Shown here one piece after another: positions 26,239-38,045 of a stretch of 64,000 bases of DNA; the first letter of the stretch is position 1, and every line of letters begins with the position of its first letter. The notes beneath the pieces are model-generated. The model made no database searches, was not told where the DNA came from, and saw only the letters and a program-made list of their open reading frames with translations. The position numbers and the translations under genes are program-made. Source of the DNA: Paragordius varius (Eukaryota > Animalia > Nematomorpha); NCBI GenBank assembly GCA_964247055.1, contig OZ176056.1, positions 6,634,001 to 6,698,000 on the forward strand, given 5' to 3'.

Positions 26239-26740
26239 TTAACACTTCGATTTAAATTGGGGTATCTAAATACCCCAGACACAATTTACCAGACACAATT
26301 TAAGTTATATTTTTGAAAAACTACTGAAGGAAACGGTCCCAATTTAAATTTATGCTTCTATCCTAATAAATATTTTATAAATATGCCAAAAAACTAAAAT
26401 TTTGTTTAAAAAAAGTTGCATGTCAAACTATTTCGATGCCATTTTTAATTTAGAAATTTTTGCTAAATATCGTCTTTAGTTAATTTTAAGGGCAAAATCA
26501 AAGCTAATTTTTTATTTAAATTACACCTAACATTGATAGTAGAAAAAGCGGTTTATTTTGTATCTTTTCATTTTACCATTGCACATATGTCACGTTGACT
26601 AAACTTTTACCTTTAGTAAGTGCAAAATTTGATGGTCTCGATTCCTTCAAATTTAGAGAATTTAATTATAAACAGGCCTGGTTTATCCAACTACCCCAAT
26701 ATTAATCGAATGAAATGCATGTGTTGTATCGAAGTGTTAA
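26239..26740. mobile_element. TTAA-flanked MITE, family A
   Basis: TTAAcacttcgat...atcgaagtgTTAA; the internal sequence matches the other family A copies. Confidence 0.8.
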
Positions 26741-26789
26741 ATTACAAAGATTTTTACACAAAGTATATATTTTTTTAAAAGGATACTTT

Positions 26790-27440
26790 CATTGATGCTG
26801 ATAATTTAAATTTCCTCAGTTAACGATCTATCCTGGAATCATACATAAAGACATAAGTTTTAAATTACAGAAAGATAATACTAACGAGAAAATATGGAAT
26901 TTATTGAAGCAGCCTTCATCTTCGCTGCATTATCGGTTACAATGGTAATTTTTAGATTTACAATATCTTTTTTAATTGGTTCCATTATGTTAAAGATATA
27001 TTCGGCAAATGTTAAACTTAACAGAAATTGATTTTTGGGATCATTGGCCAATAATATTATTGATCCCTACGAATATTAATAAAGGAATCGACGATTAATA
27101 AAATATTATTTTTACATATTCTTTCAACTTCTATTTTTATATCTTCATATCAAGAATCTAGTTATTCATTGGAAATATGTTGTCTATTTGGAATAGCATA
27201 ATTTAGTTTTGAACTATGAATTAAACTCCGAAAATGTTTATTTTCAGCTATGTTAAGAGTCGAGCATGTAAATATAAATTTTGCTAAATATTTCTGGCTA
27301 ATATCTTCTTGAAACAGAAATTATAAGTTAAACTTACGAAATTTTATACTTAGCCTGCTTTCGACCATCACCTTCTGTCATATAATTATTTCATTAACTT
27401 CTTTTTGATGTTTCTTCATTCGGTTTTTATATAAATATAT
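26790..27440 (-). pseudogene. Degenerate hAT (Ac/Tip100-like) transposase fragment
   Basis: Minus strand reads KYLAKFIFTCSTLNIAENKHFRSLI...YAIPNRQHIS and IVTDNAAKMKAAS (TDNAxNM-type motif), with in-frame stops. Confidence 0.7.
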
Positions 27441-28487
27441 AGTGTAATTACATTTATTCCATGTAACTTGATTTTCTAAATCGAAATATTTCCACAAGGC
27501 TGATTTTATTATGATTTAGGAAGTAAAGAAAAAAGTGTATATATTATATTTAAAACAAAATAATACATATATAATTAATATAAGGTTTTGTTTTCCTAAA
27601 AATTGTAAAATTAAAAAAATAAAAAAAAATTGACCTAGATCATCTAGTTATAATTTTTTGATGCGACACGCCAATTGTTTTAAGCTGAAAATCCGGTTAA
27701 CAAAGCCATTTGTGTTGGACACCCTGTGATAGATTTAGATATTAAAAAATAATATTTTTCAAACAATGCATATTTTGTGTAAAAATTTAATTTATAGTGA
27801 AATACTTTTAAAACGCATTTTAAGGTGTATAACATAGATTTGAACTTTTATTTTATCGCATTTAAAGCTAACAATAAAATTTGCAGTCATTTAAAGATGC
27901 GTCCATCAAATTATGTACGTTTCAAGACATTAAAAATGTCTCTTGCACTTTTTGTCGTAGTTAACATATTGAAGTAGTTTTATATCCCAGAGCTCAGTTT
28001 TGTATATTAACTACTGTTTTGAAAGTTTTAGTTAAAATTAAATACATTGTATGTATCAGATAAAACAAACTTATTTTTTTCCAGTTGATTCCGTGAGTCT
28101 GATATTGGGACAGTTTTAAGACACGATTGAGACGAACAGCGGTAATTTGGAGGTGATTAAAATGATTTTTATTTGATTATCTTTTAAAAATGCAAAAGCT
28201 TGCATGGAGAAAGGGGAACGCTATCACAAGCCACCCATCTGCAAAAAGTGTCTTCAAGTGTTGCACCGTTTCACCATGGTTTAAAATACCATATATGTTT
28301 CATCAAAACTTTCTAAATAATAAATTACAGTATTTATTTCATAAAATAATTTTATCATAATCTGGCATTTTTCGAATCTCGGTATTTTTGTGATTTAAAA
28401 AAAAAATGTCCAAATTAAAATTATAACAGCATATAGAAATTATATTGATTTGCCTTTTAAATGAGATTTTATTAATAAAAAATTTGA

Positions 28488-29122
28488 AATTTAAGAGTGT
28501 CCTTGAATTCAAGTTGGTTGCACATTTTAAGTTGGTCCTTGAACACTGCAAGTTGATCCTTGAACACTGCAAGTTGGTCCTTGAACATCTGAAGTTTTTA
28601 AAACTTCAAGTTGGTCCTTAACCTATATGTTTTGTTTTTTACTTTTATCAATCAAATCGGGTATCATTCATATTTTTTTAGCCCATTTACTTTATTTAAC
28701 ATATATTTTAATTAAATCGATTTTCATTGACGTATATCGTTATTTATTTCCTAAAACTAATTTTATATATTTTTAATATTTTACGTAAATTTATTACTAG
28801 GTTTTTAGGATATTGAATACAATTTTTGATTTAAAATTTATAAGGTAACAATTTGTTGAATTGGGAATATTAGTTTTAAACAAAAAGTAATTATTGTATA
28901 AAAATTAAATATTTTAATGAATAAATATATAGTTTAATAAATAATAAAATAAAAAATGCAAATTATGGTCGAATCCAAACATATAAATTTAAGGACCATC
29001 TTGGAGTTAAAGATCGAAATGTTACACAACTTGAGGTGTTGAAGGAAACTTGAAGTGTTTACGGACTTTTTTTAAAATGTTCAAGGAACAATTTAAAGTG
29101 AAAGACACTCTTGAAGTGCAAA
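28488..29122. mobile_element. MITE family B with subterminal ~19-bp tandem repeats
   Basis: Left end has several caagttg(g/a)tccttgaacac units; the right end is gacactcttgaagtgcaaa. Homologous to 33583-34158 and 50316-50894. Confidence 0.75.
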
Positions 29123-29744
29123 AGGTAAGAATAAAACGTTTATCAAAAATATAAACTATCGAATCCATAAATTTAAAACATTTGCCTTTAAAACAAAATA
29201 TTCATGTGTTTTTGTTTTCAAACATATATATTGCATCTAAGTATTATATGGTTAAATAATGAGGTTCGGAAAGATAACAAAAGATAACAGAAATTCTATT
29301 GAACTTTAATCACCTGCTTCTTTCAAATGTGTTTTAGGCAATAAATATATAAAAAAGTGATTAAATATACTTGTTTTCTATTGGAGGACAACAATGTTTT
29401 ATTTATACAGTATTTATACAAGTTTAGATATTAGATAAAAAAACTACCCTAAAAGTAATCGTCTGCAAAAAATTAAAATAAAAGGAAGTGTTAATGTAAC
29501 TATAAGTAACGTAAGACAAAATTAATCAACATTTAGTTTCTTAAAACAGTCTTTATAATATATCTTAACAATTTAGAGTAAATAAATATTAAAACAAATA
29601 TGATTATTGAAGGAAAACGATCGCTTTTATATTTGGACCCCAGTTGTGAATATATAAAAATGAAAATATTGAGACAGTTAACGTATATATAATTTAAAAA
29701 CTTTGCTATTTGACATGATAAATAATAGAAAAAAATTAAAATAT

Positions 29745-30183
29745 TTAAAAAACTACTGAAAAAACGGTCCCAATTTAATTATGCTTCTATCCTAAAAATA
29801 GGCCCTATCTAAATGAAATTTGGTTTGGAAAAAAAATTCCATATCAAACTACTTCGACTCCATTTAATTCAATCAATTTTTAAAATATCCTGTTTATTTG
29901 ATATAAAAGATATAATAAAAATCAATTTTACATTTAAATCACTTCCAACATTGGTAGAAACAGAAAAAGTTGGTTTATATTATATTAATTTCAAATTCAC
30001 ATGCACACTATCATGTTGACTAAATATTACCTTGAGGTTTTACCTAAATATAAGTAATATCAAGTATTTTTGATGGAATTTTATATTAGGTTTATTAATA
30101 TTATAAATTTTTGGATTTGGGGTATCCAACAACCCCAATTGGAATCGAGGGTCTGAAATCAATGTGTTGTATCCAAGTGTTAA
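29745..30183. mobile_element. TTAA-flanked MITE, family A (left end truncated), ending ~54 bp upstream of the KDSR ATG
   Basis: Internal family A sequence; right end gtgttgtatccaagtgTTAA at 30183. Confidence 0.75.
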
Positions 30184-30236
30184 GTGTTATAACATTAATA
30201 TTTTTTTACATACATTAAACAATATGTAAATTAAGC

Positions 30237-33200
30237 ATGCTCTTGGTAGCCGTTACAATTTTATTTGGTTTTATTATCATTTTGTATATGGTTTCCCCTC
30301 TTATATCCCCATCTTATATAAACCTTAAAGAATTACATGTTTTGGTAGTTTTACATTTAATTTTAGATAACGGGTGGATCTAGTGGAATCGGTAAATTTA
30401 TCGCAATCGAATCAATTAAACAAGGAGCTAACGTGACAATATTGGCTAGAAACCAAGTACTTTTTTAATAATGATACAGGAAAAATTATATGAAGCAAAA
30501 TTGGAAATAGAAAAGCACATGATTCATGAATATCAGGTATGTAACAATTAATAAATTAGAAAGTAACATGTATATCGATTGATGTATCAAAAGATTACTT
30601 AGCTGTTAAAAGTTCTATCAAAAAGGCCGAAATAAATGTTGGGAGGTAATAATAATTGTAATATAGATATGTTGATGTTTTGATTAATTGCGCTGGCTAT
30701 GCCAATTTAGAACTATTTGATAAAATGCAAGTTTCTGAATTTAAGGTATTTTCTTTGATTATTTCTAATCATACCCATATTAAAAACAGTATTTACAATA
30801 GGATACTCTATAAACGTAGATTATTTATTTTTTTATACCATAAATTTTTGTGTAACAAATATTTTAACAAGCATTTAGTTCGAAAATAATTTATAATATC
30901 GCTATCTCATATCCGCAACATCACTTCTTAAAAGAATAAAATTATAAATTAGAAAAAAATTTGGCTAACGCGTTTTTACTCATTTCAATTGCTTTTATAC
31001 AGACATGCATGAAATGTTATTTTTTTAGCTAATGATAGAAGTTATTCTTTTCCCCCATTGTTCATATATCCATAATAATAGGATTTTAAGTCATCAAATA
31101 ATATTTTAAAAAATTTTTTTTTGTCGTTGCAGTATACGACAGGGTGTCCAACTCGCGGCCTTCGGAGCGAATCACATAATTTGCAAAAATATTTCTCAAA
31201 AAAATTGATATCTAAACAATTTTTCAAATACATAGGCAAAAACTAAGATAAATTGTTATAGTGTGTTTGCATTTTACAGTTTTATGTACAAAATTATTAA
31301 TAAATGCATATAATCTATATATTTATAAAAATGGAAAATGCTGGCTTTGTGATCTGGTACCGGAAAACCGGTTGACCCGTTCAAATCCAAACATCGAAAA
31401 ATATAATCTTTAATTAATGCCCCGACAATAGCTTCGCCTTTTTTTGAAACAGGCCCCCAGTTAGGGCCCACCCCGTGTGAAAAACGGGTTTTTTTGAAAA
31501 CAGAAGTCCACGAAAATTGTGTCTCTGAGACAATTTTCCGGAGAACGTGTTGCACCATTCAATTTCAAATATAATTTTTGTTTACTTATTTTCGATGGCG
31601 CCGAATCGTCTCGCTTCTTAATTTAGGCCCTCTTTTTACCCGCTCCCCCCGTAAACCATTTTTCAAAAACAAAGTCCACAAAAATAATTTTTTAAATCTA
31701 TATTTCACCCAAGGTATGAGACCGTATTAAATTCAATAAGGATTCTACGTATTTTTTGTTAAAAGGCAAAAATTTTAGTCACATTTCTTTGATGATAACT
31801 ACTTAGTAACGAGCTACTGAAAAACTGACCCGTCATATCGAAATCGCGTGCTCTTGGGCCTATATCAGGCCATATGAGTTCAGTAGCTGCCTAAGGTATT
31901 ACCCGTAAAAAGTCAAAAATTTTAGTCGAGCGGATTTTTAGCGGTTAAATAAGCCCTTTTCGCCCTAAAAATGCGCTATCATTGAACTATTATTTAGTTT
32001 TGAAGCCATTCTTCCATAATCTATTAGGAATGAACGATTATTCCAGGTATAAAGGCAAATTTTTGTATCTAACTCTATTTTTATATTGGCCTCTGGGTAG
32101 GGGGCTACCCGCCTACAACTGCGCCATCATATCGATACAGCACCCTTTTGGAGCCAAATTTCAGAATAAGAGACTATGTGAATCATTTTAAAACTTCGTG
32201 CCGCATACCAAAATTGCTTATAAAATCAAAAATGCCCCCCCCCCCCCTCCAGAAGTCCGAAAGACTTCGGGCTGCGTAGCAGCACGAGATTTACGTTAGT
32301 ATATACATATATACACACTGTGTGCAAAAAAGAGGGTCATTTTGATATAACGAAAATTTTTTTTTCATGAGATAGCTTATGACCAGCGTATTCATTTGCC
32401 GCAAAAATTTTTATTTGTTGACAACCTAGTTTTTGAAATATTGAGAGAAAATCGAAATCGGGCAAAAAGTGAAAATTATGGATAATTAAGGATAATTGAA
32501 ACAATAATGATAAATTCTGAAATATTATCATTTATTATCATTTTAGGAGATAGTTTCAATATATAAATAGCCTAAAATTATATAGTTAGGGGTTCTATAA
32601 AATTTCAGGTCAAAAGATGGCGTTTCTCTTTTATCACACTTAAAAGACAAAAAAATTTAATGAAACTATATTAAAAAAAAATTTTATTTACTACCTAAAC
32701 TCACTATTAAAATCTTAACATTCATATTTCACTCAGGAAATACACCTAATCAAAATAAAACAAACAATATTGTTTTTTATTTTTGCATTTTTTTGTCATC
32801 TGGTTTATGAGTGTATAAAAAATTTATACTGTTTTATTTTGGATTCTTACATGAGTGGGAATTATTAAGTATATTATTTATCCGAAATAGGATTGAAAAT
32901 TAGTGGAATATCAACCAACAATCCGTACAAATCCCAATACAAATATTAATTTGTTATAAAACAGACTTGTTACAGGGATTTGTAAGGATTGTTGGTTGAT
33001 ATTCCACTACTCTTAAATATTTTGCATAAATTATATACTTTGTAATTCCTAATCATGTAAGAATCCAAAATAAAACAGTATAAATTTTTTATACACTCAT
33101 AAACCAGATGACAAAAAAATGCAAAAATAAAAAACAATATTTTTGGTATTATTTTGATTTAGAAGTTTATTTTACTGAATAAAATGTGAATGTTAAGATT

Positions 33201-34158
33201 TTAATAGTGAGTTTAGGTAGTAAATAATTAAAAAAAAATATTTTAATATAGTTTCATTAAATTTTTTTGTCTTTTAAGTGTGTTAAAAGAAAAACGCCAT
33301 CTTTTGACCTGAAATTTTATAGAAACCCTAACTATATGATTTTAGGCTATTTATATATTGGAAATATCTCCTAAAATAATAAACAATAATATAGATTTTA
33401 TCATTATTTTTCGAATTATCCTTAATTATCATTAATTTTCATTTTTTCCCGATTCGATTTTCTCTCAATATTTCAAAAACCAGGTTGTCAAAAAATAAAT
33501 TTTTTTGCGGCAAATGAATACGCTGGTCATAAGCTATCTCATGAAAAAAAAAATTTCGTTAAAATATTTTTTGCACACATACCATTTGCACTTCAAGAGT
33601 GTCCTTGAACACTTCAAGTTAGTCATTAAAATTTATAAATTTTGATTTAACCATAATTTTTGCATTTATTTTTTTATTTTATTATTTATTAACCTATTTT
33701 TCTTTAATTATATATTGATTCAATCAAAAATAATTTTTTTTATTTAAAAACCACTTTTTTGTTTCAAACTATTTTTTTTCAATTTAACTAAATTATTGAC
33801 TTTTAAATGTTTTTAATGAAAAATTTTAATTAATAACCCAGAAAACTTATATATTTTTTCATTTCGTATCAAAATCTTTTAAATATTCAAAATTATTTTA
33901 AGAAATTATTATTATTAAAGATATACGGTTTCTCAAAGATTAAAAGTTGATATCGATTAAAATTTATGTTAAGTAATAGAAAATAGGTTAAAAACAATAA
34001 AATAGATGAATTATTTACGATTTGATTGATAAAAGTTAAAAACAAAATAAAAAAGTCAAAGGACCAACTTGAAGTCATGGACCAACTTGAACTGTTCAAA
34101 ACTTAAATTGTTCAAGGACCACCTGGAAATTTTCAAGGACACTCTTGAAGTGCAAATG

Positions 34159-34192
<34 letters not shown>

Positions 34193-37100
34193 TCAAATTT
34201 GACCCGTTGGTTATTTTGAATTAAATATGCGGCCACTAGTGCGATTTGTGTTGAACGCCCCTGCTTTACATAGACCATTTAATTTGTGACGAATTTATAT
34301 ATTTTTATATATTTTAATTTGATATATCTATTGTACCAATTTTAAGCATATGCAATATTTAGAAATATATATATATATATATATATATTTATAAACAGCT
34401 ATAAATTATTTAAATATTTTAACCTAATAAAAGATAATTATGTAAGTTTAAGTAGTAAAAGTTTGTTTAATTAAAAATTAACGTCAAAACATTGTTTTGT
34501 GATAAAAATATTTATATTTTGATTGATTTAACTTCTAATGATTAAATCAATCCCTATAAATACAAATTAGAAATATGCTTTTGTAAATTATCCAATAAAT
34601 AATTGAAGGATTTTAGTTTTAAATATTATTTAACATAATTTTTATTCATTTCAGAATTTAATGGACGTAAATTATTTGGGGACAATTTATGCGACAAAAG
34701 CTGTTATAGAAAATATGAAAGCCAATGCTAATGCAACACTGATTGAAAATCAATGTTTCCTTAATGAACCCGTACATCATTTTATGCATTTTTTGTCTTT
34801 TTTTATTCATTCATACTACAAAAATTTAAAGATGTTGGAAATTTTTAAATAAAAAAAATTTTAGGCATACTAATTTAATTCATCTAAAATATCACGTTGA
34901 AATATAATTATTTTAGGAAAAAACCCATAATGGTCAAATGACAAATGTTAATCACGAACCCCGTATTGAAGCAGTTAAAAATTCAAATTGTCCCTGTACT
35001 TTTTCTCAATATTTTGCTCTGATTCAATCATATTTTCGCCCCACGCGAAATAAACAGCCTGAGATAGATTTGCCGAATGAATCATCATCAATTCTGCGCA
35101 ATAATGATTCAAATAATCACAATACAGATATTATAAATCCTGACGAAAATGGGGAAGAATATTCTGCTAATAAGTCTTTGCGAAAAAAGCATTTTGACTT
35201 TATTAGTGAAAAGATCAGTTTACTCAATTATATGCATTCTTTTTTCCAATGTTGGACGACTAGCAAACATGTCACCCCAGGTTATCGTATAATGTTTGTT
35301 TCAAGTCAAGCTGGACAAGCCGGATTATATGGTTGTTCGGCATATTGTGCCTCTAAATTTGCACTTCGAGGTTTGGCTGAAAGTTTACAAATGGAGGTAC
35401 ATGCTTGGTCTTGCTTCTTAAAAATCATAATTATATTTTATCGTTAAAAGTTCACTACACATAGATATAAATTTTTATTACAAGATTTATATTTATTTGC
35501 CTGTATCTATATGACCATAAAACGAAAAATATGATCAAAATATTTTTTATTGAAATTTATATGATATTGTCCTAAAAGTTTAAATTATTAGTGTCGTAAC
35601 GCTATAGTATATAATTTTATGATTCATTGAAAATTTAATTTTTTTAATAAATTTAAAAGGGTTTACAGTTTTCATAGCCAATTGTGAAAAACATAACTTG
35701 AATTATTTTATTATTTAGCTGCCTTTAATATAATAAAATATATTTTATTTTTCAAACACAAGTGGCTTACAATAATTTGCGTTTATGATATTTTTTGGTC
35801 ACGCTATAATTTTATCAAAATATTTAAAAAACTCTTAAATTTTTACCATTAACCTTACAACAAACTCCAAACGTTATGATTCTTTTGAATTAAACTCCAA
35901 ATTATTTTAATCAATCCGTTTTTTTTAAAAAAATATGGCGAGATCTGAAACGAAAAAGTTAAATTGATAACAAATCAAAAACAATTTCTGTTTCAATCCT
36001 TATATACAAACATAAATACACCATTGATTGATTTTTTAATTCATTTAGTTTAAATAGTTTGGTTTTGATGCATTTTGTTCTTGAATATGAATTAAATTTT
36101 ATAGGTGATTATGAATATATTTTATCTGGTCTTAAAAACAACCATATTTTAGATAGTATCTATAATTTTATTTTTACATAGTTAAATTTTAAGTTTACTT
36201 CATTATCCTTTATTAACTGTTTTAAGGGTGATTTTAGGTAAAAATATTTTTAACATGGTTTATTTATAAATTAACTATTTTATTGTTAGGTAAAACCCTA
36301 CAATATACGCATAACTATAGCCTATCCCCCTGATACTGATACACCAGGGTATGCCTTGGAAAATTTAACCAAAGTAAATAGATATAAATATATATATATA
36401 ACTATATATTTGAATAGCTCAAAATAAATAATTTATTGCCTGAAATTAAAATTTATGTTTATTTTTTATACATAATCTAAGTATTAACCCTACTTTTTAT
36501 CATGTAATATTATTACTTTTACAAATGAATGATATAAATATGAATTATTTGATTTGGAATCAATAATATAAATTCACATTTAAATAACCAAAAAAATGTT
36601 TATTCAGCTGTGGATACATATTATATTATTTCGTTTAATATTTTTATTATTATATACTTTTTAATCTAATTATAAAATAGCCAACTATTACAAAAGACAT
36701 TTGTCAAACATCGGGTCTTTTTAGCCCCCAAATTGTAGCACATCAATTACTTGAAGATTGCAAGGTAATTGGTATCTTATATTATAAATTTACAAAAACT
36801 AAGCATAAGTGGTTTTTTATAAAGAGATTCGTTAAGATTTTTAATAAAATAAATAAATTTTTTTCCACTTAACATTTATATAGTTATAATAAAAGGAATT
36901 TTATGTTTTCTTGATTATTTATTTTATTTTTATTTTTTCCAATTTAGTATGGCAAATTTACTTCGTTCATTGGAATGGATGGATTTATGTTACAATCTTT
37001 GACGTGTGGAATGTCACCCATAACATCCATGATGGAAGCTATATTGCAAGTTTAAAAAATATTTTCCGTTTTTTTTTTGAAAAAGAAAAACAATTGTTTA

Positions 37101-37261
37101 ACAAAAAAAACTTGAATTTTATTCAAATTTCCGATTTTAAAACGTATTCTTTAATATTTTATTTGTTTTTATAGGTCGCAACCATGTCGTTATTTCGAAT
37201 CGTTGGTCTATTTTATATAGATTCATTTGACCGTATGATCAAATCATCATTGGATAGATAA
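30237..37261 (+). CDS. KDSR: 3-ketodihydrosphingosine reductase (SDR family), 11 exons
   Basis: Exons 30237-30344, 30367-30456, 30480-30536, 30560-30645, 30667-30745, 34655-34771, 34917-35396, 36290-36373, 36681-36764, 36948-37049, 37175-37261; all introns GT-AG and in frame. Motifs: [52 protein letters not shown] and LTCGMSP. Confidence 0.95.
30345..30366 (+). other. Ultra-short spliceosomal intron 1 of KDSR (22 nt)
   Basis: GTAGTTTTACATTTAATTTTAG; removal joins HVL|ITGGSSGIG in frame. Confidence 0.9.
30457..30479 (+). other. Ultra-short spliceosomal intron 2 of KDSR (23 nt)
   Basis: GTACTTTTTTAATAATGATACAG; removal joins ARNQ|EKLYEAK in frame. Confidence 0.9.
30537..30559 (+). other. Ultra-short spliceosomal intron 3 of KDSR (23 nt)
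   Basis: GTATGTAACAATTAATAAATTAG; removal joins HEYQ|[10 protein letters not shown] in frame. Confidence 0.9.
30646..30666 (+). other. Ultra-short spliceosomal intron 4 of KDSR (21 nt, phase 2)
   Basis: GTAATAATAATTGTAATATAG; retention reads AGG TAA (stop), and removal gives [13 protein letters not shown]. Confidence 0.85.
31314..32299 (+). mobile_element. Non-autonomous Helitron (986 bp)
   Basis: 5' a|TCTATATATTTATAAAAATGG. 3' hairpins agtccgaa-agac-ttcgggct and gctgc-gta-gcagc, then TTAG|t (CTAG variant). Contains about 3 monomers of the 155-bp repeat. Confidence 0.8.
32318..33580. mobile_element. ~1.26-kb palindromic foldback element, family C
   Basis: The two ~600-bp arms are reverse complements along their length (e.g. 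catgagatagcttatgaccagcgtattcatttgccgc / gcggcaaatgaatacgctggtcataagctatctcatg) around a ~45-bp loop near 32935-32980. Confidence 0.9.
33583..34158. mobile_element. MITE family B
   Basis: TIR catttgcacttcaagagtgtccttgaa / ttcaaggacactcttgaagtgcaaatg. Confidence 0.85.
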
Positions 37262-38045
37262 GACGTCCCTTTGAGTTAATTATGCTTCTTACCATACTTT
37301 TCATTGTTAAAAACTGTTCAATATGATTTTATTATTTATTAACGCATTCAATAATTTGTAATAAATTAACTTGTTTACTGATATGCTTTTACATTTATTT
37401 TTATCTGTGATTATCAGCTATTTTCGAATTTTCTGGACGTATATAGGTGTAAAACTCTTTTATAAAATATCCATCTCTACATTTATCCGCAATAACAAGG
37501 ATTGCGTTGAATGAACATTGTCAATACTCCCTTATCTTTTGGGGTAGTATTATATCACAGAGCGATTTGGAATACGATTATTTTAAAAAGTATTAAGGTA
37601 TTGGGACGAATTTAAAAATATGTTTTCTTTAGCCTTTTGGGCGCATTATACAAATTTTTTTTAAAAAAATATAAAACTGAAAAAATTTTCATTTTTAACT
37701 TTTTGCCGCCATTTTTTTCTATATTTTTTTTAATCGCTCTTGCAACAGGCAGAAATCTCTATATTATGGTAAGGAAATGTAAATTAAACTTTAAAAAGCT
37801 CTCGGCCTACATTTTACGAGCAAAAACTTCATATATTTTAATTTTAATATCAGCTGTACGCTTAAATTATGTTTCGGAGCTGTCACAATTTTAGACTCTA
37901 GAAGTTACAAAACCGTAAAAACATCAGGTTTTTTATCTAATACATGGGAAAATGTTTGATAATTAGATCTCAACTAAAACAACTTAGTTTATTTATAACT
38001 ACCCCAAAAGTAAATTAGGACAAAAAAGTCAAAAGATAATAAAGC

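Larger units (their letters stand above)
31140..34263. mobile_element. Family D hAT MITE expanded by three nested insertions, in KDSR intron 5
   Basis: Left-type end cagggtgtccaactcgcggcc at 31140 and right-type end gcggccactagtgcgatttgtgttgaacgcccctg at 34263. About 300 bp remains after subtracting the nested elements, against 259 bp for the intact copy. The TSD is not conserved. Confidence 0.6.

Noticed and set aside
26894-27031. Plus-strand hydrophobic mini-ORF (MEFIEAAFIFAALSV...) as a possible KDSR first exon
   Set aside because: It is the antisense of the hAT TDNAAKM region, and KDSR's own N-terminus is found at 30237.
28080-28290. Minus-strand WVACDSVPLS / PNYRCSS resembling a hAT transposase
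   Set aside because: Plausible relic but too short and frameshifted to support as a feature.
35272-35282. Good-looking acceptor (ccccag|G) that might let KDSR skip the 135-aa insert
   Set aside because: It is phase 1, whereas the upstream donor is phase 0; that splice gives an immediate stop, and I saw no matching phase-1 donor.
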